Shown: piece after piece, positions 1-12,258 of the stretch
Numbering within the stretch: the first letter of the stretch is position 1
Layout of the letters: each line of letters starts with the position of its first letter
Assembly (NCBI GenBank): GCA_951804945.1
Contig: OX638154.1
Location: 32,922,001-32,986,000, forward strand
From: Podarcis cretensis
Lineage: Eukaryota
Length of the DNA stretch: 64,000 nucleotides
Direction of reading: 5' to 3'
Translations under genes and position numbers: made by a program
The notes under the pieces: generated by a model
Database searches by the model: none
What the model saw: only the letters and a program-made list of their open reading frames with translations
What the model was told of the DNA's origin: nothing

Positions 1-196
1 ACTGGTGTCAGGGGGGAGGAGATTCAGATGGAACTTCAGCGGTCTAAGGTTTAAGACGTAGAGCTGCGCGCTACGGCTTTGGAATGGAAACTGAACTTCA
101 ATAAAGACTTTTGTATATATAACAACGACCTGGCGTTGGTCCTTTGTGAGCTGGGACCTTGGGCAGCTCTGACAACACTGATAACTGGGGAACACT

Positions 197-769
197 TTTT
201 AATTTGGAAATCCGCCATGATGGAATAAGACCGAGCTGCAGAATTATAAATAGTCATAGGGGGAGGTGAGCCTTTAATATGTTGTTATGTTTGTAGTTCT
301 AGTCCAATTTGGTAAATCTCCCTGGGAAAGGCTAATGTTTGATGCAACTGATTTCATTGGGACTGAGAGAAGATGGCAGCTGCCAGCAGCGAAAAGACTT
401 TTGGATTGATTTGGCAGAAACACCAGTGTGTGAGGAGATGCTGCAACGGACAGAGGGGAATCATACACATAAAATTCACACAGAAACACATCATTTTACT
501 TCAACTCGCTTGTGGAAACAGAGGCCATGAAAGAAGGAAAACAACAGGAAGATTTAAAGGAACTATTAGAAATTACTATTAAAAGCAGTAGAGATATGAG
601 ATGATCAGAGCCCTGCCAAACTTGAAGCATGGGAAGTCCCAATAAAAAAATTATAATTTGGCAGAATATTTTGATTATTTGATATGTATACGTATAATTT
701 GGAATATTTAATGTGATTTGATTGGATTGTTAAAATGGAAAACTTAATAAAAATGATTTTTTAAAAAAA
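197..769 (+). mobile_element. 5'-truncated non-LTR retroelement (L1-like 3' end) with 17-bp TSD
   Basis: GATAACTGGGGAACACT at 180-196 and 770-786; AATAAA plus A-rich tail just before the second copy. Confidence 0.65.
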
Positions 770-1252
770 GATAACTGGGGAACACTGGCCTGCAAGCATT
801 CCAATTGGAGAATATACTTTACCAAAGGTGCCATGGATTTTGAAGAAGCATGAACTCGGCAAAAAGGAGAAAGAAGCCAAGAATAAGGCACTTTTGGCAA
901 ACCCTCAGCGGAAACCTATGTCCCCACTGTGGAAGGACATGTGGATCCAGAATTGGCCTCCACAGTCACTTACACACTCACTGTTAAGACTGTTTTATTG
1001 GAAAACAATCTTATTCGGCTACAAGTGATTGCCAAAGAAAGATGGGCTTTTAAATGTGCTTGTAGGAGGGTTTTTTTATGTTGTCTTTAATTTTTATGTT
1101 ATAATGTTATGTATTTTGCATTTTCATTTTGTATTTTTATGTTGTGCAGTGGACAGTGTACTTTTTTCTTATCTGATAGCATGATTTAAGTATCCCTTCT
1201 AAATTTAATCGTACCAGATGTTCCCCACATATACCTATTGCTTAACAACAAC

Positions 1253-1317
1253 TCTTCTTCTTCTTCTTCTTCTTCTTCTTCTTCTTCTTCTTCTTCTTCT
1301 TCTTCTTCTTCTTCTTC
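1253..1317. repeat. (CTT)n microsatellite
   Basis: About 21 perfect CTT units; the source of the poly-E and poly-L ORFs. Confidence 0.97.
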
Positions 1318-3071
1318 AAATTCAGTATTGTAATAGGTGGCTGTCAAAGGAGACAGCCCAGGAGTTAACATGTTCTTGGATTTCTGCCAGTTCACAAATA
1401 GAGCGCTAGTACACAAATAGATCTCTGTCTCTAGGGGTAGAATTTAATAGTTCATAAAAGTTTTTGATTGCAATACCATAATGCATGCTTTAAATTTGCT
1501 CTTATGCCTTGCTGCTCCAAGGTCAATAAGGAACTTTCTCATGGTATTTGGCGTTAACATGCAACTTGGAAGCTTAACTGAAACACTGTTGAAGAAGCAC
1601 ACTTTACACTGAGACTCTTGAGTTTTGAATATAAGAAAGCTAGGCTTATTAAAGGAAACACATTCTTGATAGGAAAGATCCTAGTTCTCACTCAGTTGGA
1701 GATACATAGAGCTATGTTTGCTCACTGATGTCTGCTGGAGAGACTCATGAAGATGTCTCATCTCCCAGGATGAGCATGAAGAAAAGGAAGTAGGAAATGA
1801 GGCCAGGGGCTCTGAGAGTATCAGTATAATACTGAATAAATAGATCAGCAAAAGGAAGACTGGAGGTTCCTCCCTATTTACCCTTCCCATGCCAGTCTAC
1901 AAAGCAAGATGAGTTGCATCCCAATGACTCTCTCACACAAAACTTTTAAATGGGCTAGCATGGCTACTTTATAATTCCACTTTAAGCCGGGGTCAGTGGG
2001 GCTTCCTTTTAGGCACTTAGGACTGTAGCCTGTCATAAATGGATGTATATGCAATGGTTCATGAGCATATAAAAAGTATTGATTAAAAATATGATAAACT
2101 TGTTTTAAAGGAAAGCTGCTTGATATTTGATATTCCTTTGTTGTTGTTGTTGTTGTTAAAGAAGAAGTCCCCAGTCTAGCAAATGTTAGTCATGAGTTAA
2201 GTTTCACTGACAAGGGAAACTTGGTTGATTGGGAGTAAAACTCCAATTCTAAACATGCTTCCCACTGAAATCAAAGTCCCATTGTGCTAGCAGGAGTCCT
2301 GGCACTGGCTCCAGCCAGCAGACCTACTTAGTTGAATCTGGCCCACTGCAATGTTCTTCAAATCTAGTTCCCTTATAATAACCCTCCGCCTGCCAAATTT
2401 TCCTTTGGTACTCACTGCCTAAAGAGCCAGTACTTCATCCTCTTCTTCAGCCTGTCCTGGCAGAATGAGCCAAGTCATGATCTGCACAGAAAGGAGAAAC
2501 AGGAATCATTCCATAATGAAGGAAAGGAAAAAATTCCTGATGCTCCACACATCGTATCTCGTGAAGGAATGTTCTCCAGCTAGCACTAAACAGTAGCTAG
2601 GGGCCTTTTGTTCCATTGCAGGATGGTGCTGCCTGAAGCAGCCTCCCCTGACAGGTGCCTGCGCTAAAAACTGTTGATGTGGCATCCCTTTCCTCACTGT
2701 TCTTAGAGGCAACTCTCTTGGCTGGGGGACAAACACACTATGGTACACCAGTCCAGTTCAGTTCAAACAGGAGCAGCCAAACAGCTTCCTCTCAAAGGCC
2801 ACATTCCCTTGAATGTGGTAGTCTGTCTGGGGCCACATGTTGACCACATGGTAGGGCTGAACAAGCAGCTGGTGGGAGGCCACCCTGTTCTCTCTACCCC
2901 ACTGTTGCATGTCCAGCAGGCTGCTGTAAGAGGGGCACATGACTCTTGTCAGAGGCCTGAACCAATTTGCTTGCAGAAATTAAGCCAGATGGGTGGGGTA
3001 TAAATAATAAATAAATAATGATGATGATGATGATGATGATAATAATAATAATAATATTAATATTGCCAATA

Positions 3072-3292
3072 CTGTGGTACCTCGAGTTACAAACGCCTCA
3101 GGTTACATACGCTTCAGGTTACAGACCCAGAAATAGTACCTCGGGTTAAGAACTTTGCTTCAGGATGAGAACAGAAATCAGGCGGCGCAGCGGGAGGCCC
3201 CATTAGCTAAAGTAGTGCTTCAGGTTAAGAACAGTTTCAGGTTAAGAACAGACCTCTGGAACGAATTAAGTACTTAACCTGAGGTAGCACTG
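3072..3292 (+). mobile_element. Tc1/mariner (Tigger/pogo-like) MITE
   Basis: TA flanks and CAGTGGTACCTC-type terminal inverted repeats (TIRs), degenerate in this copy; same family as the copies at 4005, 22613, 43222 and 60226. Confidence 0.8.
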
Positions 3293-3294
3293 TA

Positions 3295-3900
3295 ATCCAT
3301 TTATCCTCCAAATGCCTACTGAAAGAGGTGCATCTTAACCAGGTGCCTAAAACTATAAAGAGGTGGGGCCAGGTGTACCTTTTTAGGAAAAGTGATCCAC
3401 TTGCAAGGCACCACCATAGAAAAGGCCCTTCCCTGGGCCACTCACAGTCTTGCTTAGGGACCACCAAGAGGGTGTCACCTGCTGATCTTAAAACACAGGT
3501 AGGTTGAGTTGAAAGGAGGCATTCCTGCAGCTATTTGGGTCCCACGCCATTTCGGCCTTCAAACATCAAAGTAAGCACCTTGATTCTGGCCCAGAAAACA
3601 ACTGGCAACCAGTGTAGTTTTTTCAAGATAGGAGTAATGTGCTTACGGCCTGCTGTTCCAATTAATATTATTACTGCAACATTTTTCATTAGTTGTGATT
3701 TCAAGACAGTTTTCAAAGACAGCCCCATGCACAGCAAATCAGGTTGTAGCTTATCAGATCGTGAATAACTACGGCCAAGGTATTTCTATCCAGAAATGGC
3801 TATGTTGGTACATAAGCTGAAGCTGGACATAAGCTTTCTTAGCCACGGCCACATTGGCCCTGAGTGACAAAAGATGATTCCAGGAGTCCCCAAAATACAC
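3295..3900 (-). mobile_element. L2-clade LINE relic (RT C-terminus)
   Basis: HITPILKKLHWLPVVFWARIKVLTLMF is the typical L2 ORF2 C-terminal motif. Confidence 0.75.
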
Positions 3901-4004
3901 ACACTTCAAAAGAAGTGCACCCTATCAAGAACAGCTAATTCTGCCACCTCCTGGACACCCATAGCACTTTTGCCTTGTTTGGAGTCAGCTTCAATTTATT
4001 TATA

Positions 4005-4246
4005 CAGTGGCACCTCGGGTTACATACGCTTCAGGTTACATATGCTTCAGGTTACACACTCTGCTAACCCAGAAATAGTGCTTCAGGTTAAGAACTTTGC
4101 TTCAGGATAAGTACAGAAATCGGGCTCTGGCGGCACAGCAGCAGCAGGAGGCCCCATTAGCTAAAGTGGTGCTTCAGGTTAAGAACAGTTTCAGGTTAAG
4201 ACCGGACCTCCGGAACAAATTATGTACTTAACCTGAGGTACCACTG
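4005..4246 (+). mobile_element. Tc1/mariner MITE
   Basis: TA|CAGTGGCACCTC...GAGGTACCACTG|TA. Confidence 0.85.
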
Positions 4247-5521
4247 TATTACATTTCTATCCCATCTTTCCTCCAAGGAAATCAAGGCAGCAGATATATT
4301 GGGTCTCCATTTTATCCTCACAACCCTGTGAGGTAGGTTAGGCTGAGAAACAGTGAACTGGTCCAAGGCTACCCAGTGAACTTCATGGCTGATTGGGGAT
4401 TTGAGCCCATCTCCCAGTCCAACACTGTAACTACTATACACTGAGGATGAATTATTGGGCCAGATCTAGCTCACTAGCACCACCAGGCCCTGACTGAGCA
4501 GTTGCAGTGCCTTGCATGGTAACAAGTGGAAAAGAGAACACTGTGTGTGAGATCAGCATATTGATGACTTGGTGCTCCAATCCTGATGGCTGCTTCCAGT
4601 GGCTTGTACAAACAGCATGGACAATTAAGAGTAAACCATGTGTGACTCCGCAAGAAAGCTAGCTCTGGCCCAAGCAGAAGTCACCCAGGGCTATTGTCTG
4701 AAGCTGCCACAGAATTATGAATGGAAGCCCTGCAAAGGAGTGCTTCCTACCTCCCACAGATGGCCCAGAAGGATAACATGGCCAATGGTATCAAAGGCCA
4801 CTGAGAGGTCAAGGAGAATCAGCCACTTAAGGAAATGTAGTAAAGAGGTATGAAGGAAGCAGCTGCACTGGAAATAACCACTGCTTTAACAATGGCACAT
4901 TCACTTATTTGCAAGACAAGTGCTGGATCCCAGAAGCAAAAAAATCCACACTACAGCACTGGAGCAGTGGTGCCACCATGAGGTGTACATTTGAAATGGA
5001 AATGTCATCATGCCCTCTCCGTTTTACTTTCTAGGTCATTTCAGATGCTTGCCAAGAAGGGCAATGGCTTCTTCTCTGGCATCCCAGAGGACAGGACAAG
5101 ATCTAATGGGTTTAAACGATAGGAGGACAGACTTTAACTAAATTAGGAGAAATGTTTTGATGGTTAAGAGCATGTCAACAATAGAACTAATTCCTTAGAG
5201 GGCTAGAGGTCTTCAGGAGAGGTTGGGGATGCTCTAAAGCTGGGTTTTCTCAACTAAGCAGGGTGTTGGCACTAGAAAGCTACTCACTAGACAGGGGTAG
5301 CCCAAAATCCAGATGTTGCTCCCAACTGCCACCAGCCCCTGCCAATATGGTCAGCAGTCAGGGATTATGGGAGTTGTAGTCCAGCAATAGCTAGAAAACA
5401 GCACATTGGCTATTGCTGGTCTAGGAGATTTTTGCCTAACAAAAGCATTGAACATTTCTCTTCATGAAGTCCTTTAGCAATGTTTTGTAGTTCTAATTTA
5501 CAAACAGTTCCTTTGATCTAT

Positions 5522-5910
5522 CACAGAATCATAGCATTGGAAGGGATCCCGAGGGTCATCTAGTCCTAACCCCATGCAATGCAGGAATCCCAACTAAAGC
5601 ATCCATGACAGGTGGCCACCCAATCTCTGCTTAAAAACCTCCAAGGAGGGAGAGTCCACACCCTCTTGAGGGAGTCCTTGCACTGTCAAACAGCTCTTAC
5701 TCTCAGAAAGTTCTTCCTGGTGTTTAGTTGGAATCTCATTTCTTGTAACTTGAATCCATTGGTTCAGGTCCTAGCTTTGGGAGAAGGAAACAAGCGTGCT
5801 CCATCCTCCTCCCTGTGACAGCCCTTTAGATATTTAAAGATGGATATCATCTGTCCTCTCAGTCTCCTCTTCTCCAGGTTAAACAGTCTCAACTCCCTCA
5901 ACCCTCCCTA
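5522..5910 (-). mobile_element. CR1 LINE 3' fragment
   Basis: Begins with a (CATAGAAT)-like tail and GTTGGAAGGGA-like 3'UTR, followed by the degenerate ORF2 end. Confidence 0.75.
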
Positions 5911-6562
5911 TGATGGGTGTTTCTACATGTGCTACTTTGTTTTTATCCATCACTGTTATTGAACATAATTCTCATTTCCACAAAAGTAGTGAGATTTACA
6001 TTTAATATATATTATCAGATAATTGTTTTGTTTTAACATCAGAATTCTGTTTCTATAGAACTAGTGGGTCATTTTGGGCAAGGAAAATGGATAAAAATCG
6101 AAAAGGACTATGCGGAGAAGTGGAAGTAAATCCAACTGAAGCATTCTTTCTTTGTCAAGATTTGCTGCGTTTTTAATTAGCTAAGATTCATTAGGTTCAT
6201 TATCTCTGGCAACATTTTATAGAAAGATCACAACATACAAATTGAAAAGCTTGGTTTACATTTAATTAAATACAAATATTTGTAAAGGATTAGAAGGTTA
6301 GCTCATCCAAGGACATTCTTTTCTTGTACTTTTCTTCTGCACTCTCAAAAGCTTCATTTTATTTTCCCACATTTAAAAAGTCCCGCAACCAAGACTTGGC
6401 TTTCAATAACAGTTATAAGATAGAAATTATAAAATGTCAATTATAAAATGTCAATTGACAGAGATATAGCAGTCAAGTCTGTAAACATTAAAGTCAAAAG
6501 TATGCACCCTTTGGTCCAAAATACAGCAGAAAACCATAAATCTGGATATGATACTGCCCAAA

Positions 6563-6597
<35 letters not shown>

Positions 6598-6994
6598 TAG
6601 AAGAATTCTTCCAGTTGCATTAATATGCTCACTTTACAGGGGATAGATGGTTCAGTGTATCTCAATATTTTTCTTTCACTCAATAATTTAATAAAGCGAG
6701 GTCTTTGCTTCAAACTACACCAATGTAATCTGCAAGATTTTAGACAAGAACAGGACTCAGGGCAAGAATTAAATTGGGAAGAAGGGGTTCAAGGGAGTCG
6801 TAAGTCACTTGACAAGCAATATAAGCAGACACTTCTTTCAATGCAACATGTTAGGGCACCATTCTTGAGCTGTTTTCAAGGCTGCATGTTGGCATTACAA
6901 AGTAGACATTAGTCTGCTAGAGAGAAGAGTAGCTATAACATGTCTGAACCAGCCGACAGGAAGATCATTGATCTTTTGGTCACCAGCCAGCACA

Positions 6995-7240
6995 TCATTC
7001 ATGGGACACACGGTCCAAGGCCACGTAAAAACTCTTTTTGTCATCCAAGCAGTGCCAGCCAATAGGACCGATTTCACAGTCTGCACAGATCAGGAACTTT
7101 ATATTTCCAACATCCTTGGTGAAGCCAACATTTTCAAAAGAGAACATGTCATCAACCAGCCAGTGGTCCTGTAGGACATCCCCATCCAAGTCACTGTTAC
7201 CCACCAGGGCGGTCTTCTTCTTCATAGCAGGGAGGAAAAG
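6995..7240 (-). CDS. RABIF: RAB interacting factor (MSS4), coding exon 2
   Basis: CAG acceptor at 7243-7241. LFLPAMKKK...HWLVDDMFSFENVGFTKDVGNIKFLICADCEIGPIGWHCLDDKKSFYVALDRVSHE* is the MSS4 C-terminus. Total 132 aa. Confidence 0.96.
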   Translation of the reverse strand, partial: LFLPAMKKKTALVGNSDLDGDVLQDHWLVDDMFSFENVGFTKDVGNIKFLICADCEIGPIGWHCLDDKKSFYVALDRVSHE

Positions 7241-7550
7241 CTGTCAGGCAACAAAACAAGCAGGTCAGCTGCTTTTATCGTGAAAGTAGCGACATGGCTG
7301 GCATGATATGCTGGTACTTACTATGGGATAGTTAGAGCTCTCTACAGTTTCCCAAGCACACAACTCCCTGTCTCTTCACTGTTACTTTGAATATGCATCA
7401 AGAGTGGCTAACCTGTGGCCCTCCAGATGTTGTTGGACTACAGCTCCCATCACCCCTGACTATTGACCACGCTGGCTGGGGCTGATGGGAATCGGAGTCC
7501 AGTAACACTAGTTAGCCTCCCCTAGCATACACAAGGTGACTAGCTGCAAA

Positions 7551-7721
7551 CGGGCGTACCTAGGGGCTGGGCAGATTGGCCCCTGCCAAGGGTGCAGGCC
7601 CGGGAGGGTGCAAAAATTGTGCCTCTCCACACCAATAGATCTCTTTGCCAAGGGTGCAAGGGAAGACAGGGGCGAGACAGCTCACTGCAAAAGGGTGCAA
7701 TGGAGCCTGGGTACGCCTCTG
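7551..7721. mobile_element. hAT-type MITE in the RABIF intron
   Basis: Perfect 8-bp TSD GCTGCAAA (7543-7550 and 7722-7729); GGCGTACC/GGTACGCC TIRs; internal AAGGGTGCA repeats. Confidence 0.75.
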
Positions 7722-8099
7722 GCTGCAAAGTTGGCTCTCCATCTAGATTTTGGATTCAGGGCTTCATTTTAGGCAAGACGTATCTCCATAACTGTAAAGC
7801 ATGTGTTAATAATAAGTATGCCTCTTAGGATCTGCAGGGTGTATTCCCAGTCTTCCCATTCTGCAGCCAGACAAGTCGCCAAGCGTCTTTCTAAACGTCT
7901 TTCCTTTCATAGCCATTATTTTCACTTATACCTCGGACTTTAACAAGCTCAACATTGCAGATATCAAACCACCCCCCCCCCCACCGCAATATATCCCATT
8001 TTTAACTCGCAACCTCCCTGCAATGTAGCATTAGTTGAGTCTGAGAGAATGACTGGCCCCAAATAACGGAGGGATCTTCAGGGCTAGGCAGAGATTTCT

Positions 8100-8950
8100 A
8101 CCTCTGGCTCTTATTAAGCAAAGCACCACCGGAGGAACGGGAGATTTCCGGGGAAGCTCCTCCGAAAACCCCGCCCTGGCCTTGGCAAGCCGGTCTCGCG
8201 GCGCCCCAGCAAGCCCTTCTCCCGCCCGCCCGCCCGCCCGCTGCCTACCTCTCGGCGGGTGAAGGTGGCGGTGCCAGGCAGAAGCACGCGGGAGCTGCAG
8301 CGCTGGCACAGGACGGCCTTGCGGTTCCGGCCCCGCGCGCACACCAGCTCCTCCGGCCCCGCCGCGCCCGCCGCCTCCATCTCCGAACCGGGCGCCGCCA
8401 TAGCCACGCAGGCGCACGAGGGCGAGGGCGGGGCGACACCAGCGGGGACGAGAGAGGCGCCCCGCTTTGTTCCCCCCGGCCGGCTCTGCAAGGCGCGCGC
8501 GCAACTTACGCGGCGGCTCTGGAACGGGAAAGCGGAGAGGAGACCGAGCGAGCGGCGCAGTCCAGCGCTCCTCAACGCTAAAGCTCTTTTCTTCCTTTTG
8601 CAATCCTGCCGTTGCACCAGTTCGGGTTTTTGTTTTTTTTTAGTACTAATATAATATCGAACGGAAATAGTAAAGTAGACGCCGGCTGAATTCATCAGCT
8701 ACGAACCCGGGGGGGGGGGGGGAAGATGAGCAAAGATGCGCCCTTGTTCACAGTACCGGCAGCTTGCAAGATGTTAGGAACACGTCTGCGTGGATGGAAG
8801 GCAGCTTCCCGTTATGCCAGGAAAGGGGGTAGCGCGCACATCCCACTTTCCTTTTGGGAAGAACGCCCTGCTAGTGCCGATTCTTCTTTGTTCGTGTTTG
8901 CTAACTGGGGAATTATTGAAGGCTGGCATATATGCCGTAATGTGTGTGTG
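8100..8950 (-). promoter_or_regulatory. RABIF: RABIF CpG-island promoter
   Basis: CpG-dense block over exon 1, with GC boxes and ETS-like CGGAA motifs. Confidence 0.8.
8249..8401 (-). CDS. RABIF: RAB interacting factor (MSS4), coding exon 1
   Basis: ATG at 8401 in a CpG island. Encodes MAAPGSEMEA...RNRKAVLCQRCSSRVLLPGTATFTRRE (first zinc CxxC). 153 nt, phase 0, GTAGGC donor. Confidence 0.93.
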
Positions 8951-9484
8951 TGTTTTTTAGGCGGGTGGGATTAGAGGGGTAGATGTAAGTAACCGAAAGG
9001 AAAGAGTCGTCCCAAAATAAAACGTGACTCCATTCACACATGCGGCCATTGCGCCTTCCAAACAACTCATTGTGCTCATGGGTTCTCTGTTCAGACTACT
9101 ACTCAGTTTTCTCTCCTGTAATGTATTTTACTGAGTTCGATTAAAATACAGTACTAAAGAGGAAGAATATGGCTTCTTGTGTAAGGAGATTGATACCTGG
9201 CTAAAGCTCCCTGCCTCTCTTTTATGGTAAGATATTACAGAGAAAAGTGGAAGGGCTGAAAAGAGTAGGAAAAGTCACAGAATTATTTCTTGGCAACTTC
9301 TTTACCAGATGATGAGATGCATTATTCATTTCATTCAGAGCCTGCCTCAATAGATGACAGCTCCCTCCCTGAAAGGAGCAATGGGGTCATACTATAATGT
9401 AAGCAAGAGTGGAAAGGGAGATCTGAAGATATGCAAGATTAAGAAAGCCGCAAATGCAGTTTGCGCATCAAAGTAAAAATAATA

Positions 9485-9630
9485 TTCAGTTAGTTAAGAG
9501 TGTGGTGCTGATAATGCCAAGGCTGCAGGTTTGATCCCTGTATGGGACAGCTGCATATTCCTGCATTGCAGGGGGCTGGACTAGATGATCCTCAAGGTCC
9601 CTTCTAACTCTACAATTCTATTACTCTATA
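9485..9630 (+). mobile_element. tRNA-derived SINE with CR1-type tail (tRNA-Ile-like head)
   Basis: Head TCAGTTAGTTAAGAGTGTGGTGCTGATAATGCCAAGG; tail GGACTAGATGA...CCCTTCTAACTCTACAATTCTAT. Confidence 0.7.
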
Positions 9631-9885
9631 AACATTTTCTTAATTCCCATCACTTTACTTTCTCTTTAAGAAATAAGCTGTAAAAAAAAGATGGACTTAA
9701 GAGAAAAGTAGAAAATGTAGACTCCACCAATGCCCAGTTGGCACCTCTTCAGAAGAAGCCTACATAAAAGGCACACTTCAACAAATACTTTATATTTTTT
9801 AAAATGGTTTAAATAATAAATGCTACTGCAATAATAAAGGCAACCTACTTGGAGAAACCAAATGCTCACATGTACCAGAGATACT

Positions 9886-9891
9886 TTTATT
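9886..9891 (-). terminator. Probable KLHL12 polyadenylation signal (AATAAA)
   Basis: tttatt on + strand about 1.5 kb after the stop codon, followed by U/GU-rich sequence on the minus strand. Confidence 0.6.
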
Positions 9892-11423
9892 AAAAAATAC
9901 GTAAGAAATGAATCACAAACACTGATGTGATAGGACAGGACTTATAAACTCAGTGTTATTCGAAAGTGCATCATTCTCCCATGCTACCATATCCCCAAAG
10001 CAAGGAGTCAATATCACCCAGCAAATAAATACATTCACCCCTTGGCTCCCAATAGAGCTGTGTGACACAGGAAGAGGCTCAGTGGGTCATGGGAGAGAGA
10101 GAGCTCCAGGATCACGCTGAAAGTTTAGGGCACATCCATGAGGGGTTGGAGGCGCATTATCCACAGGCTCAGGTGTCCATTTCAGCAATGTGGTGTGAAT
10201 TCACATATCTAGTACAAGCTGCATAACACACCAGAGGGGTATTAAAATAGGCAAGGAGAATCATAAATATGCCACGAAAGAGATGCCTTGAGCAAATGTT
10301 CCAGTTCATGTGAAATGCCTTGTTGTAACTGGGTCTGGAGAGAAATGACACCAGGTAAACCTACAATGCACTGTAAACATTATAGTGTGCTCTTAACGAA
10401 ATATAACATATCATGCTCCTACTTTGATGCTAAAGCAGAAGCACAACAAAAGCTGAGTGTAAGACAACCTGTGCTGACAATGCTCATGCAGAAGGCCTGC
10501 ACAGGGTATCAGGCTTAAGACCAGTGTGGGGTTGAGAAGAGATGTTCAGTGATTTGTGGAGATTGAAGGGACATTCGCAATGCAGCCTAAGTGGCCTGGG
10601 CAGATGCACCCTTTCCAGAGCACATTAAACGCTTTCCCGCCAATATGTCAAGATTTGCTACTTCACTGCTCCACTAACACTAAAAAAAACTTGGCTTAGA
10701 TAGCAGATGTAAACAGGTTTTTGTTCACAAGTACTAGAACACACACCCTCTCTTCAGGTAAAATTGGTAAAAACACGAAATTCAGTATTTTCTTCCTGTC
10801 CGCTTGCCTTTCTTCCCAGCAGATAAGACTGAATATTCCAGCAGGGTATAGTCTCCGCTGCCCCCTTTTCCGTTATGGTGGAAGGCCAGATTGCTTATAC
10901 CAACACACAGAGTCTTTATCAGTTGCATGCATCAGCCTCTGGCTCTTCTCCCCAGCACCATGGGCAAGTCTGTGCAGAACTTAAAAAGCGTCCAAAAACA
11001 CAGTGTGCCCACACAATGCTCACTAACAGTATGTCTGCACTGCAGCATATTTGGTACATGGAAACATTCAGGCACAAATCGTTGGTGCCATGCTCAAACT
11101 CCCTTGTATGTGCCAATGTTCTAGAGATGCAGAAGGCCAGAAAGCACAGACATCTTTACTGCTTTAGGCAACTCACTTTCACAGGGTTATCATTACATGA
11201 GGATGTGATTTCTCTGTTTTCGGTTCAAAGTGCCTTGTGTGTGGATTGTTTTTTAAATGGAATCAGTAGCTTTGAAGATGAGCCTGGAAGTCTGCAGCGC
11301 AGGCCAAGTAGCAATGGTCACTGCATCCACAGCTACAAGAGCAATAGCTGCAAGTGAGCCAGTACTTTCTCCCATAGTCTCTTTGTTCCACAGAAGTGCT
11401 CTCGCAAGGCCTTCCCCCTAAGG

Positions 11424-11550
11424 TCACTTCTCACGCAGAACACAAACGCCAGCATCACACCGTTGGGTTCCCAGTGATGTCACCACTTCCCAGCTGTCAA
11501 TGATAGGGTCATAGCACTCAATACTGCTCAGAAGCGAGTTCCCATCGTAC
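11424..11550 (-). CDS. KLHL12: KLHL12 last coding exon
   Basis: [41 protein letters not shown]. Summed CDS is 1695 nt = 564 aa plus stop. Confidence 0.95.
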
Positions 11551-12071
11551 CTACACGTGAGAGAAGATTACTGATGAGAACATGTTGAAGTCTGGAACTC
11601 TTAAAAAGGAGATGATGACTTGATAATAGTTTGGAGTGGTGGCACACCCATCCCTATTAAGTTATACAATGACAGAACTCTTGTATTTTGTGAGAGGTCA
11701 GTGCAAGGAAACACTTACCATGTCCATCTTTGATCATGTTACCACAAACCCACCCTATGGACCAATCCACAGCTTACAATTTCACAGAAGGAAGACTCAC
11801 GCCTGGTATGCCAGTAGCTCATCTATTTCGGCATCCTGTTCTCACAGATACCTATAGGGAGGCTGCAAGCAAGGCCTTAGCCAACAGCATTCACCCCGCC
11901 TGCATTTTTTATCTTGATCATGTGCCTCAGTGCGCAAAAACGAACGCTGTATCAGATGGGCCTTTTGCCTTGATACTGGGCATCTAATACACTTATATAA
12001 AAGTATAGATAAGACTGCTCCAGCTATGCTAGGGCTTAAAGGTATTTCTGAGTGAAGCTTGGCCCCCTTAC

Positions 12072-12258
12072 CCTGCTATGGCATAAAGTCGTCCCCTCAG
12101 GACTGTTGCTCCCACATAACAGCGGGGGGTTGTCATGCTGGTCACTGTGGTCCATGAGTCTGTGCGAATGTTATACGCCTCCACAGAGGAGAGATGTGCT
12201 GTTCCATCAAACCCTCCAACCACATAGATATGATCATTCAGCAAGGCTACTCCAGCTC
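12072..12258 (-). CDS. KLHL12: KLHL12 coding exon 10 (Kelch)
   Basis: [36 protein letters not shown]...RGRLYAIAG; 187 nt. Confidence 0.95.

Noticed and set aside
1186-1416. Poly-Glu and poly-Leu ORFs
   Set aside because: Translation of the (CTT)n microsatellite.
3072-3292. Short internal direct repeats (TTCAGGTTA) resembling a CRISPR-like array
   Set aside because: These are subterminal repeats of a mariner MITE in a vertebrate genome; there are no regular spacers or cas genes.
8402-8695. Longer RABIF N-terminus (193-aa ORF)
   Set aside because: The extension runs through promoter sequence and MSS4 proteins are short; ATG 8401 (or 8380) fits better.
10875-11357. 160-aa plus-strand ORF
   Set aside because: Antisense to the KLHL12 3'UTR with no recognisable motif.
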